Shown here in pieces: positions 1 to 13,950 of a stretch of 64,000 nt of DNA (positions within the stretch are counted from its first letter, which is position 1; each line of letters starts with the position of its first letter). The notes beneath the pieces are model-generated. The model was not told the origin of the DNA. It did not search any database and saw only the letters and a program-made list of their open reading frames with translations. The translations under genes were made by a program, and so were the position numbers. The stretch covers positions 12,092,001 to 12,156,000 of the forward strand of contig CM119372.1 of the NCBI GenBank assembly GCA_051294905.1. The letters run 5' to 3'. The DNA comes from Botryllus schlosseri (lineage: Eukaryota).

Positions 1-624
1 TCCTATGCGGGGCTGTTCGGGTATAGATATTCTATTATACTTGATTCCGACTTCCAATTGAATTAGATGGAGAGATTTCCATGAATTACTACTTTTCCCG
101 GTCACTTAAAGCTAGACGTGCAAAAATTATAGCGCAATCGTTTTATCTCTCGAGAATTTAGCTTTTACGCTAGACAGTAGATGAGAACATGCTAATGAAA
201 CGAAAACTGAATTTTTTGAAATTTTCGTATTAAATTATTCATCGTAAACCCGAAATAGTCATTTTTGCATTCAATGTTTCTATATAATAGGTATATAGGA
301 CTATCGTTATAGACACTCAGTCGCAGATACAACGCAGCTTTCCTGCCTGTGATCTGAAATTGCACACTTCGCAGAGGGCTTGGGGAGTTCAAATTTAATA
401 CATCGGGGCTTAGGCTGATGCCATTGTCGCAGGAATTCTGCGCTTTGGGATCGATATAATTTTCCAAATTATTCAAAATGTTACCATCGAGACTTGCTAA
501 TGAGTAAAAGTGCAAGAAATGTGCACCGATTAGAGATGGTGCCTGAGTACTAATTTAATCAATGTATTTAAAAATTCAAATGTATTCGAAATAAGTCTGC
601 AGTGCTAATTCGATGTGTTTTTAG

Positions 625-3600
625 GTACATCGGAGTTCTTTTTCCAAATGTATATGATGACATATTCTCAAAGAAGAATCTTATTGCAATTGTAATATTT
701 ACGTGGCTTCTTGCACCTGCTGTGATGGTAGTGATGTTCTTCATTGGAGATCCGCCTAATACTATAGGCTACGGTTGGATCAGTAAATTTTCCCTGTGCG
801 TGATCAATATATCGCAAGGTGAAAATGAGTTGGTTTACCAATACATGATAGTAAGTAAATGGCAAAGCATGGTAAATGTCGATTCATTATTTCAGAATGA
901 TATTTTGCAGTTCGTTCGGCTTTTATTTCAACTTTTCCCGTTGATCATCATGCTGATCATGTATACTCACATATTTGTATCAGTTCGGAAAAGTGGTCGC
1001 ACTGTCGCTAAAATGTCTCTAAAAAGTGCGGAGTCTGACACTGGGTAGGTATAGCATGCAGAATGCGTAACAGGTATATATTATGCATACTTACATATGG
1101 TAAGAATAGCACATAGAAGTGTAAAATTAGGATTAGGTTCCACAACTGTCTCCAGATATTTTTGGATTTACAACACACCTGGCCGGATTCCTATTTCAAA
1201 AGCGATGAATCTTTCGTTTCCTTTACTGAAATTATGGAGCCAAGCAACTGTTCAATATCACCAATTACCTTTCGCTTTTATATGATGACAAATTACGATA
1301 CTGTCATGCAGACGCGCAGCCAGTCTGCCGCCGGCTGAATTGATCGAATTTGATATCAAATTTACCAAAAGGGGAATGAATTTATTACGGTTATCGCAAG
1401 CACCAATGCCGATAATACATCAATCGGGTCAGCTTCCTCGTGTTGACGAACTCGCATGTATGATATATTATATACTGTACTCGACACCTCACTCTACCAT
1501 AACACAACTGGCGAGTCAGTCCGACTGCAGTAACTTAGCAATCTCGCAAACTCCAGTCAGAACGCGACATGATTGCCAACGCGCGTGACGACAATCACCG
1601 GGTTTCAATCACTCCGTCCCGAGAACAAACGAATACGTATCTTCGGCGACGACTAATAAACTAAAGCTACAGGGATTATTTTCACGAATGCGAAGTCTGT
1701 TCTGGACTGTGTGTGTTCAGTAGTGACACTAATTTCAGAGGAGTCAATTAACTTTCGATATCAAGAACCAGCAAGACATCTTCTGATCGTTATGTTTTGG
1801 TATTAGTGCAGCGGTTCTCAACCGAGGGTCCGCGGACTCACATGATTGAAATGGTCGTCTGGGATGAAATATCCGACTGCAAACTCAATTTAATTGTTAA
1901 ATTGCCAATAGCCTGCCGATACAAACATATTGCTGTTTCGAGATGTTTTGTTGGCGTTTGTGGAAAAATGTAATATTGGAGATAGCAAGGTCAAACACGG
2001 TGATTTCGAAATGTTTGCAAAACTTTTGGGATTTGGAGGTATCAGTCTCAGCGAATTAGTAAACTATCGTTTGAAGTAGAAATTCCTGAATATTATTCCT
2101 AATCTGTCCTAATGAAGAAATTGAAACCTTGGCACGAAATCCATTTTCTCCTGTGATAAAGCCACTAAATAACTTCAAGATAAGATGCTAAATAGAAATG
2201 ACTGGGCTGGGCAGTGGGCATGATATATCACTATGTTCATTAAAAACTCACACCAAAAGCTGTCGTCGGAAGCGTTACGCGCTAACATAGTATTCGCCGC
2301 CAACTATCTTTGTGGAAATGGATTTTCGGCACTCGTTCATATCGAACCGAAAAGCGATTTTCAAGACAATAAATACAGCTGCAAAATTCGCTTCTTTATA
2401 ATAGAATTATACCAAATTTCTACATATAATGTGATGTTATTTTCAATAACTGTCATTTTTTGGCAGTTTATCACTAGCCTACAATGAATATTTGCACAAG
2501 ACAGACGACGGTTGCACGGTAATTGAGCTAATTTTGAACGAAAATTTGAGGCTTCCGTGATGGTCCAAATGGGGTCCGCGAAGACAAGAAGGTTGAGAAG
2601 AGAACCACTGTATTAGAGCATATCAAAATAAATTACGCCGCTTGCGTCTGTTCACAGCCAGTACGTATTTCAGTCAATTTCGTCCACATTCAATTACTTG
2701 AGCCAGTATGACATCACATTCAAGGCAGAAGCGATAGTTCCGGCCGCCGCTTCAGATATCATATTTCTAGACAGCACATGACAATCGCTACATTACCTCG
2801 TGTATAGAGCAGTGGTCCCCAACCTTTTTGTCTTCATTCCCCACTTCAGATTTACTCCGAGCCTTCATTCCCCACTACCCAAAATTTCTGTGATTACGGA
2901 GCAGCTATTGGCTTGTTTGAGTACACAAGACACACAACTACACCAGTACGCAATACAATCGCCTATAACTGCAACATAAAACGTATGGTGAACCGATACT
3001 GCTAACCCTCCAAATTTTGCGAAAGCGTTATTTCACGTCATACTGGTCGCGCTAGATGCGTTTGTGACGCCAAGATAGGTTACCCGGACTTAAAAAATGA
3101 GATTTTGTCAACAACACGCAATGAAATTTTCAATATACATTCCAGACCAGAGCAGTTAACTGGTAACGGTAGTTGCGCATGTGTCTCCGTAAATATGTAG
3201 ACTGTCCCGTAGATAGGGTTCAACAAATGGGTCTATTCCCCACCAAAAACCATTGTATTCCCCACCAGTGGGTAATTCCCCACCGTTTGGGAACCACTGG
3301 TGTAGAGATTGACATCAAGGGTTCGGTCTTGTCGTCTCGGCTTCTAATTACTCGCATTCGATCAAAGTATTGGTCCGAATTTGCTCTGCTCACACGAGCA
3401 GCAGAATTACGAAATACATTGCTTTATTTCTAAATCACACAATTGACCAACTAGTCAGGCAGTTACATGCCTAACGGAATTCTGGGTATGCCGCATACCC
3501 AAAATATTCCTATAGCATACCTGAGCATACCTGGTCTCTTACACTAGCATCCATCTCGGCCTACTGCTCGATGTCACAGTCTTCTTCGATGTTAATCTTT

Positions 3601-6600
3601 CTTCGTCGGTATTCTTGCTCTTTTCACTGTTGGATAGCATCGATACTATTTGTCCAGTAAATAATATAGAAGCAGATTTACAATGCGTGCCACCGATTTA
3701 CTTAAAGCAGTGGTTTTCAACCTTTTTGAGGTTCATTCGCACTTTTTAAATACATTCGCATCAGCCAGCCGAAATTTATTACACGAAAGAAAACGAAGAA
3801 AATTATCACTTTTGTATTCGAAGAGCTTCTTGGAATTACAGAGCTTCATTATTTTACATTCAGCGTATGCGCATCGTATTACTGATTGATCAAGTACTAA
3901 AATCACTGCAGTAGAAAAATCACAGATATCGCCTTCCCGTTGTTCTCAAGGTGCATGTCCGTTGCTTTTTCCGGGTGTATCGTGCAGTGCTTTCCTTCGA
4001 AGCTTAAGGGCGAAACCAAGAACAATATTCACGGTGGAATATCGTAAGGAATACCGTAACACATACGTCTTGGTGGATTTGATTTTGCTCTGCAGAGGGT
4101 GCCCAAGTTAAATCGGTAGAGTTCGCAATATTACAAAGTTTGCAATACAAACAAAGTCGGTACGAATACGAACTATGCAAATTTTTTTCTCTGGATCAGC
4201 AAGCTTAGTGGCATCACCAATTAATTATATATAGGCCTATGCCTTAACGATCTGTACTCGGTCTGAGACCATCAGTCCAAGAACAGGAAAGAGTGTCTAG
4301 GCCTAAATGGTGTAGTTCCCATTACAAACATGGTATTGCAATAGTCAGTAGATAAACTGCCCATCAGTGCCCAGTGACTTAATAATTCGATGTAATGCAA
4401 GATAAGGATTCATTTGACGTAAGACACCAATGCGCTTACTGTAATTTTATTTTTAACAGCCTCTAAATTGCTCCTGTCCTGGGTGGCTCGGCTCTGAAGA
4501 CTTTGTCATATCGAGCCTCCCGTCTACCTTGCATGTCGCATTTCACTGTTACATTTTTGTAGCGTAATGTTGATATGTAATGTATACGAATAAAGATTCT
4601 CTCTCTCTCTCTAATGCTTAGTTAGGTACACCCGTACACGAGTAAAGAACACTTGTCACAGATCTAATGTGATAATTGTTATAGTAGAAGGAAGTCGAAA
4701 GTGCCAACGTAACAAAAGCAAAATTCTGGTGCCAACCAACATGAATATGTGCCAAAATTCCAATACTTTTCATTCAAATATGTCAAATGTCAACACTGGC
4801 ATCGGCTGCTATTACCTACAACAGGGGTGTATACAATATACATACGGCCCGCCAGACGATTTAGTCCGGCCAGCGAAGCAATGTTGAGCAAATGCAAAAA
4901 AACTTGTAATATCCAGCACATTTCTAACAAAAGTTGAGATTTAAATAAGAAATACTTCCAGTAAATATTCCCCCAAGACGGCAAATGTCGAACATGTTGA
5001 TTGTTCTTAAGCCACATTATAATAAGTCTAGGGATGGTGTGAACCTCTGAAAGGTTCAGGTTGGTGTGAATGCGAACCTTTCTGGAAGGTTCTGTGTGAA
5101 TGCGAACGTGAACCTCATGACGTCACGTGACGTCATATCGCTAGTTCCAACCCTAAATTTAAGTGAAATGATAGCCTCTATATTAATGTGCACGATGCCT
5201 AGCGACGACTCGGGCTACATAATGCCACAATGCTGAAGTACATATTCACGTTTTAAATGTCGCCAAATGTATCAACTGGGGCAATCAAATGATATAATAA
5301 TCCCATAAAATCAATATCTTCCGTCCCTCTGCCAACAACTTCGACGAGGACTTGCAAGGAAATATACGCCTACGGCCAGACAGGAAAATGTACTCGGCAT
5401 CCGAGTATTGCTACGTTGATATTGAGCAGAGTGTAATACGGGTCTCAAGCTCAACTTGCTACCGAGCTAACACCCCAATTGCACGGATCTTGTTTTTATG
5501 ATACAATAAACATATGAAATCGAGATTGACCCCGTAGGCCTGCTAGATTTTTTACATCAGACAACGATATCAATTTCATTGATTGTTTGAATAAGCATCA
5601 TTCGCTGACTACCTATATGTTGTGTGTTTCGCTCTTGATGTTGTGTGATTGCGGGTCAAGGTCACAGCAGAGAGTCACTAAATATTCACAAAAGTTGAGC
5701 TGGATATTTCGAGCACACTTTTGTACTAAAGCAAGTAAAATATTTGAAAGTTTCAAGGTGCATGCTCGTTTCGTGTTGATTTTTTTATGCTGCCAGTGCC
5801 ATCCATGCATAGATTGGTACATAGTTGAAATGCACTAAATTTCAACCAAAGATTTTATATATTGAGGCGGAAATTGTAATACATGAAAAATGTTCACAGT
5901 GCAGAACCTACCAAGGTTCGTTTGTGAACGTGCACCTCTAAATTTCCGAGGTTCACACACAGAACGCGAAAGTGAACCTCACGCTCACACCATCCGACAG
6001 CGTTGTTGCGGTTTCAATCTAGGCACCATTAGGGACAAGTCGGTGATATTCATCACAGAGTTGAAAACGCCAATACGAAACCGTTATATGTAAGGTACAT
6101 GGATCATAGAATACTTACACGAAAAATGCAATTCAAATATATTTGGTCGCAACGCTGAATACCGTATTCTGACCCAGGGGCCCAAGCCTTGTTCTGCAGA
6201 GATACCCGAATCGTGACATTAAAACAATGAAACAAATTCCACCGCCCGCGTTTACAATAAAATCTCTTGGATAGGCCTACCTCACAACGAAAATGCAGGG
6301 TCAACGCCGTATCACGACTAAAACAGAGGGAGGAGCATAGAAACATGCCAACTTATATCGCGGTTACAGCTCCACGGTTATAGTGATTCATAGCTGTATT
6401 CAATCGGCCGATCATCGTGGTTTTGTCATATTCCGCTGTTTGTGAATAACGTCATTGCTAGCATTGGCCTTGTTTATGATATGTAATATAATGTATATAC
6501 AGAGGTGGTCAGTAACGAGGTACTTCTACTTTTTGGACGTACTCAAGTAGTTTTCCTCTACTTCTGGTACTTACTCAAGTAGATATGATTTTTTCTACTT

Positions 6601-9600
6601 CTACTTCGTAATATTTTGTGATCTACTTACCTACTTTTCGCTATTTTCAGTTTTCAAGTAGAAGTAGTTTAATCCCCCTATAGGAAAGATAGCCTGAGGA
6701 ATTTCGGGGCTGTTTTCACGGGGTAATAACATTTAAAATTCATAAAAGTCAAGTTATGCCCAGAAATTTTGTTGCGCTTCGCGCACAGTAGTTATGTAGT
6801 GACAAATATGTTTTCACGAAAGTATCAGTGAATATAATTTAGGTACCGGATTGCTTGGTTTCGCTCATACCGTATTGTCGCCCATATCAAATATTTCATC
6901 ACAGTAAATATGGCCCACCATAACGTTTGGAACTACCGTTTCGCAATCTAGCAATTACCTATATCATATCGTAATCTAGCAACCCATCCCCTGTCCTGCT
7001 AATCTGGAAAATCCGGCTTTTTTGAACGTTACACCTGTTTTAGCAGATCACCTTTGAAGCTTTATGGACAAAAGACTTGAAATATATTTCCCGCTTTTTA
7101 GAAGTGGTGATTGTATTTCACTTTCAATTCCGAATATCATACTTTGAGTTCTAATTTCTTTCAGTTGTTTTGTCTGCAGAACATACATGTGGAAGCATAA
7201 AAGCAAGTGCAGTATTGTCTCTATTTTCCGAAAATAAAGCTACACTAAATATAAATTTTACTATCCACAATATTTGTCATTAACGTATACTAATCGCGCA
7301 AAGTGTTGCAACTATATCCGATACAACTTCTCCTTATTGCTCTTCGCCTAAACTTGGGGCCTTATAATATGGGTTATAGGGCGCTATGCCATTATATTCC
7401 CTAAAACGAGGTCTTCCAGTAAACAAAGGGATAGTATCGCAATTTCATATTAATACTATAATTTGCATCCCATGATGCGAAAGAATGCTTATTCCGTCGG
7501 AAATTGATACCTCCTGGAATGCATCAATACGAAGCTTCTGACAGTCCATGCAAACGAATTAAGACTGTTTTCAAAACTACTTACTTACTTGAGTAGATTT
7601 AAAGTCAATCAATTCTACTTCTACTTCAAGTAGCTTTAGATGGCTTATGGAAGAAGTACTTCTACTTGTACTTGAGTAGATTTTTTCGTCGCTTCTTCTA
7701 CTTCTACTTGAGTAGCTTTTTTGACTACTTTGACCACCTCTGTGTATATATTACTATTATGCACTGCTTTGATAATGAAGCATTCCAGTGAAAAGCAACA
7801 GTATGAATATGAAGGTAACATTTCGGGATTATTTGACTGGTGCGGCCCGCGAGCGATCAAAATGTTGGAATCCGGTCCGCGACCCAAGTTGAGTTTGACA
7901 CCCCTGACCTACTACAAGGTTCGTGGTTCGTACACGGCGGATGTTTCCGAGCAACTGATACCGTTTCCACTACCTCTTTTTTCTGGGCAGTGACGTAGTC
8001 CTCTCGCGCGGAAAAATTCTCTCAAACTTTGCAATATAACGCACTAGGGGTGTTCCTCACTTGTGAACTAGAAAAGCACAGCTACCAACAAGTTTTTAGA
8101 ATTGCGTCCAAGCGACAATATTTACGGCCTCACTCTACTTAATATCTTATTAAGTTTATTTGAATTATTCCATGTCAGAAAAAGTGAGAAATATGGACAA
8201 TTTTCATTCGCACCACGCTTGTCATTCGCCCTGAATTTTTGTTTTTTCATTCGCACAAGTGCGAACCGTAAGAACTTGAAGTAATCTATATGCATTCTTT
8301 GCATTGTATTCTGTCAGCCTGGATTGTCCTATATTCAATATGATTACTTGTTAATTTTAGCTGCAGCAACGATGTCACCCCTAATATCACTCCGGTACTG
8401 GCAAGAAAATACAACGCTGGATCAGTTGATAACATGGAAAAGATATCAGTTTCATCGTTGGGAATACTGAAGAAAAATACTTTTATGAGTTTGTCCGTGG
8501 CATCAGCTCTCAACAGATCAACTGTGTCATTCGAGGACAGCGGTTCAGGCTCGGTTGTTCATGAAGCAACGAAGGGGTTTTGCACTGACAAGGCTCTGCC
8601 TTTAACCACATTATACGGAAGCGCGCCATCTTTGCGTGAGTATAGCAGATAATTCAAATTGTCGAGTTTGGATTCCTGAGTATGCTATTCTATGAATTTG
8701 TTCATTCGCAGACAAAAGAGCACCGACACCGTAAGAAATTTTCTTTGAGTTATTCTTTCTTTGAGAAACAAGAATATTCTAAATGCAGAGACTTTACCGT
8801 TCATCGCTACCATATTATATGTGCGACGTTTTACCGGGACTGGGGGTCAGTTCACTTTACATCCGACTCCAGACATTTTCAATGTTCCGGCTCCAACTCC
8901 AAAAACTTCAAACAGACCGACTCCTAATGTTTTCTTCGCATAACTCTGACTCAAGCATTTTTATTATTCTACTCGGAAAATTATACGTTTATTACATTTT
9001 TAGTTATTATTATTACCAAGTAAATCAACAAATTCTTCTCGCGAAAAAAATTGAGTTTGTGAACTTGATCACTTCTGTAACTTTACCAGCTCTTTTTAGT
9101 AACATTTGAGAACATTTCATTCAATTATAAAGTAGTTGGAGTCGGATTCATGTCATTATAACAAACTCCTAATCTAGCCGGTATGTCAGGAGTGGGCAGA
9201 CTTTCTAGATCGCGGATCGCATTCAACAACTAATTCCATTCGCGGGCCGCACTACTGTAGCAGACCACTGGTCCTTTTAATCCATTGTCCCTAGTTAACG
9301 CCAGGTATCTGTTATGAAGGAAATATACTGTGCTTATACTAGGATTTGACCATATGATAGGCTTACCATATTTTGGAAATCTAAAAAGAGGACACTTTTT
9401 CAGAAATTTCAGACTTGCAAAACCGGAGAAGAATTCTCAAAAACCTGTGAATTTTTCCCACTTTGTGATCGACTAAAAAAAAAAAAGAAGTCATCTTTTC
9501 CGCTCAGAGCTCAAAATATCGTTTTTCTCTCCACATTGCCAGGTGGATGACTAGAAAAAAAGGTCATCTTTTCGCTCAGAGCTCAAATCACCGTTTTTCA

Positions 9601-12600
9601 CTCCGAAATACCCGCCGGAGCTTCACTTCTGTGCTAATTTGCGGCATATCACTCGCAATTTGCTCTAAATCTGACCTAAATTTTCAAAAAAGAGGACAAA
9701 ATCTCAAAAAAGAGGACAAAAGGGCGTCCTCCGAGGACACTTTCAAAAAAGTCAATAAAGAGAACTAAAGAGAACAAATCCCCTTAAAAGAGGACGTATG
9801 GTAAGCCTACCATATGACAACTATTATAACTCTACTATCTCTTCTAGTGTTGCGCAAGCTTAGTAACCGTTGTTACGCCAAACATAAGTTCTACCTTTTT
9901 CGTATCACTAGTAGTTTACAACCCGTTTCAAATTGGCTCATTAAGCTTCACAATCACATTCATTGTTACTCATTTTCGGGTATAAAAACCCACGTTTTCT
10001 CTGTTGCGGCCCTTGAGATCTGAGATTCACCTCAGCGCCTGACGTACCATTCTCTGCAATACATCCGACCGAGTGAACTCGTGTGAGTTAAGGAATCAAC
10101 GCCTAAGACAGCAAGCTACCAACAAGTCGTTCAGCTACCTACTGCTCCAGCACGACACAGCCTTGCTGTTACATGATGCCATTGAGTTCGGTAACACAGC
10201 TCACTGTTACACTGCATACAATTGGGATTAGAAGCCAAAATTCAATATTGGTGTTTGATTATATGGTGATGATACGTCAGTGTTGGGATCTAATCATTAC
10301 CTTCGAGTCACAAGTCATCTCGAGTCATTGCAAATTCTGACTCGAGTCAAGTCAAGTCAATCGATTTTTGAAGGTGACTCGAGTCAAGTCAAGTCACTCG
10401 ATTGTTGGAGGTGACTCGAGTCAAGTCAAGTCACGAGTCAAGTCGCAATTCAAGTCAAGTTTTCTTTTCGAAGTACGAGATATGATCTTGTCATTGCATT
10501 CGCCGTTTATTTTAAATCGAGGACCACATATATGGGCAAAGGCGTTGTATAGTTTACGCATGCATAGGATTGCTAAGTAACTGTATACAATTGTCTACAA
10601 TTATCCACTAAAATAGAGAATAGAATACGAAACTTCAGGTAGTTGAAACGATCTGATATGATTGCATTACTCGATTACATATATCAATGGGATACGATTT
10701 AAGCCTGCGCCAAAGGTTGACTAGTAATATAAGTATATTCGAATTCAAGAGGTTTGGTCAAGGTAAGCACTGGGCAGCAATGACCACTGACCAGTCTATA
10801 AGAACAGAGATGGATACTTTCCCAATATATTGCTTTCCTACTAGATAACGACAACATAAGCAGTAAGCTCCAATCACTTCGCTGCGGTCTTGTGAAATAA
10901 TAATGAAGGTTCAGTAAAATGCAAAATCATTGAATGAATGAAATCGGTCGTTCTCACAGGTCACTCCAGCGTGTCGAGAGCAATCCCAACATATGAAAGA
11001 TACAGCGATTTTTATAAACACCGATTACTTGATGACTTGAAATTGACTCGTAAATTTTGCTTCGAGTCACGAGTCAATCCACATTTTTGAAACGCTGAGT
11101 CAAGTCAAGTCATTTTTGCAAAGTGAATCGAGTCATCCCAACACTGGGATATGGAGATAATATATATGTATATTTTAAACAAACCAAACATTGATTTGAT
11201 GATAACGTATGTAGTATACGTAATATTATATGTACACCATAGTATTTTGGGGAACGTTTTGGTGTGCAGGAAGGGTAAGAAACAATGACTAATAGCGTGA
11301 CAATGTGGCGTTGAAGTCATGAAACAAGCTGCGAGGAAGAGGGTATCCACTTCAATCTTGTATTTATTTGATCAGTGGTATATCATTCGTTAAGTCAAAA
11401 TCGTTTTGTTGGTTCGACTTACATCTCTGATTGAGAACGACGATGTCCGAGAAAAGTTTGATAAACTGAAGTCTATATGAATACGACCATTGTCCGGCAT
11501 ACGTTATTCACGGTATTTTTTTATTCTCAGGTCCTCTACAATAAAAAAGAGTATGCGCAAAAGGAAGGTAGGTCTACAAACATCGACCGGTTTTGTATTT
11601 TGTTTGATTTTGTGCATATGCGCAGCAATACCAGATTAACATTCTTCACATTCTTCCGGCAAATCGTGAATTTCATGGTCCCATCCCTCTAGCGAACTGC
11701 AACCATATTCAACCATTTAAAATGATGGTGAAAGAGGTTGTATATATTATGTCATTTGATGGTAGGGGCCCACAGTCCACTGCCTTCATCATCACTCCAA
11801 TTTTGCGACCCCGCCTGTGGCTGAAAATTAGACAAAGCGGACGGCGACGGCTTTGATTTACAGAGCTTACGTTTTCAGGATTATGTCCTCCTCTGGGGTC
11901 CATGAACTCCTTTGGGGCCCGTGAGAAGTCATTTGGGGGTCCGTGATTACCTTATGATTTTTTGGGAAAAATGAAAAGCTATATTTTTACTTTCATTTCT
12001 CTCTTTAAATACACATGTGTCAAGCTAAAGTGCGCGAGTATAAACTGTACCAGAATGTATTAAGATAAATTGATGCGGCGGCCTATACTGCGTATTTGTA
12101 TGTTGGCCTACATTGACCTTACACTACAATACTAAATATATCACAACGTATGTCGATTTCAGTCAATGCAGTCTATTACAATTGGCATTTCGTCCCCCTT
12201 TACAGATTTTACAGCTAGGTAATGGGCAGAGTCAAGTGGAAATGTGCATAAATGACGTGAAATAGGTAATACGGACGTTCGAGCGTTCAACTAACGTTTA
12301 ACTAACTTTTATGATTTGGTAAAAGTGCCCCGATTTCCCGATTCCAAAATATGGTAACCCTAAACAACAGTCCTTTATTTGAGTCCTAAATGTGCTAGGC
12401 GCAACAACAGCTAAAATCCTCTGGCCCGCCTCTCCTTCTGTGTAGATGTTTCGTTATTTTAGTATTATGTCAATTGCTTATTCAATTCTATGCCAATGGT
12501 GATTACAACTTTTGTTCTTTAGCTCGGTTGAACAACAATTTGACACAGTACAGTATAGTTGAGAATCATAATTATTACAATATGGTCAATAGCATGTTGA

Positions 12601-13127
12601 ATGACTTTCAGACAAAATTTAGGCAGGGGTGCGCATACTTAATAATTTGTCTAAAGTGGTCCGTGACAACTGAAAGGCTGGGAACCACTGCCTTATACCT
12701 CTACCGGTAATGCCTAGTTATCAGCCTGGCGTTTTTGATTGCATATAGTTGATTCATGCCGCACATTTTCAGAAAATGGACCGAAAGCTACTATCGATGA
12801 GCGTCGCAATATGTCTGGTGTTCTGTGTGGTCTTTTATCCTAGCGTCATAATAAACCTGTATCCGTCGTCGAAGCAGTGGGATCCAAATATTCACAAGTT
12901 CGCGAGCTTTATCACTTGGCTGAATTCCTGCTTGAATCCAATCATTTATTGTTTTATAAATCCCAAGATTAGGTTTGTATATTGGAATTGGAATTTCATT
13001 TAACTTACGCAAGCAAATCAACAATTCTGCTCATTTTACATTTAGATCACAATACAAAAGGAATTGGTATTCATTATGTCGTGCACTACACCTTCACCAC
13101 TGCAAAGAACTACCCGTAGCGAACTGA
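625..13127 (+). CDS. Class A (rhodopsin-like) GPCR, melatonin receptor/GPR84/moody-like; 5'-partial (TM1-TM3 upstream of window). Exons 625-850, 911-1044, 8361-8635, 8712-8730, 11531-11567, 12773-12972, 13046-13127
   Basis: The first exon begins inside the R codon of the [DN]RY motif (RYIGV...YDDIFSKKNL...TWL). TM5 FQLFPLIIMLIMYTHIF, TM6 VAICLVFCVVFYP, TM7 WLNSCLNPIIYCFINPKIR (NPxxY). All introns are GT-AG and phases chain without stops (0,2,1,2,0,2) to TGA at 13125-13127. The subfamily call is by motif resemblance only. Confidence 0.88.
1809..2610 (+). mobile_element. hAT (Buster/Charlie-type) internally deleted element with transposase C-terminal remnant
   Basis: Ends CAGCGGTTCTCAACC...AGAACCACTG; 8-bp TSD TATTAGTG/TATTAGAG; internal frame LSSEALRANIVFAANYLCGNGFSALVHIEPKS resembles the hAT dimerisation motif (TTYLCExGFS). 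Confidence 0.8.
2810..3299. mobile_element. hAT MITE
   Basis: TIRs CAGTGGTCCCCAACC / TTTGGGAACCACTG; TSD GTATAGAG/GTGTAGAG; subterminal ATTCCCCAC motifs. Confidence 0.8.
4480..4612 (+). repeat. Non-LTR retroelement 3' tail with (CT)n
   Basis: TCGAGCCTCCCGTCT...TCGCATT motif resembles other tails in the window; AATAAA followed by a (CT)n run. Confidence 0.45.
5029..5997. mobile_element. hAT-like MITE ('GAACCT' family), copy 1
   Basis: TAGGGATGGTGTGAAC...TCACACCATCC ends, repeated GTGAACCT motifs; homologous to 31999-34487. Confidence 0.7.
6500..7742. mobile_element. hAT MITE ('AGTAG/CTACT' family), copy 1
   Basis: TIR CAGAGGTGGTCA...TGACCACCTCTG; perfect 8-bp TSD TGTATATA; homologous to 15438-16285 and 16883-18171. 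Confidence 0.9.
9358..9809. mobile_element. hAT MITE ('GAGGAC' family), copy 1
   Basis: TIR TAGGCTTACCATA...TATGGTAAGCCTA; perfect TSD CCATATGA; near-identical to 51613-52062. Confidence 0.9.
10278..11146. mobile_element. hAT MITE ('GACTCGAGTC' family)
   Basis: TIR CAGTGTTGGGAT...ATCCCAACACTG with many GACTCGAGTCAAGTC motifs; related segments at 14830-15434, 23682-23802 and 44535-44760. Confidence 0.8.
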
Positions 13128-13543
13128 ACCTGTCTCCCGAGGAATGATTTGACTTCTGTTATGAATAACTGATAATACGATGCCATGTGATGTAGTTGCA
13201 GACAGACAATGTACACTTCCAGTCGGGTCCGTCTACTTTGTGCATGTCTACTATGCCGGCTATGTTGATAGTGAATCAACCCCGAAGATATTGGAGTGCA
13301 TCTTATGTAAAATGCGTGCAAAGCACATGACTACTTTGCCTGAAACATGTCAGCCAACGTCAAAATTCAAATTAATACATAATATGGGCGAGGTTGGGGT
13401 GGGTTGGGGTTAAGGTTGGGGTAAGGGTATCCCAAGATTAGGGTTGGGGTGGGGGATATTAGGGTTGAAGGGGGGGGATATTAGGTTAGAGGTGGGTTAT
13501 GGTCAAAATTGGGGTTAGGGTATCCCAATATTAGGGTTGGGGC

Positions 13544-13950
13544 TAGAGTTGCATTCAAAACAAACTGTGTTTTAAAACACTTTGTTTTAAACAGTGTTTT
13601 CAACAAAGTCCTTTTTTAAAAAAACAAAATTGTGTTTCTTTTTAAGTTGTAAAATTATGCCATAATTGTGTAAATACTTTCCAAAAACATGTTGTATGAC
13701 CCTACGGACAATTACCACCCGATATAGCCGACGTATATCGATATGGGATGGTTGGAACTCTCAAAATAGTCGGTTCAACAGCAATAGTACAGATATTTCG
13801 TCAAAGGAGCTATATTTACCCTATATTTTCAATTGTCAAAGTCAATCCACTATGACGTCACAATTGAATATTCCTGACGTCATGTATTAAAAAAATGTCT
13901 TAAACAAGGGCCAATTGTTTTAAACATGTTTGTTTTAAAATGCAACCCTA
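13544..13950. mobile_element. hAT-like MITE inserted in a GGGTT-rich element
   Basis: TAGAGTTGCATT...AATGCAACCCTA; TSD GTTGGGGC/GTTGGGGT. Confidence 0.7.

Noticed and set aside
192..515. 107-aa minus-strand ORF and most other short ORFs in the track
   Set aside because: No recognisable motifs or consistent splice context; they lie in introns or TE-derived sequence.
13385..13545. TTAGGG-like runs suggesting an interstitial telomere
   Set aside because: Irregular GGGTT runs paired with a complementary C-rich arm; better explained as part of an inverted-repeat element.
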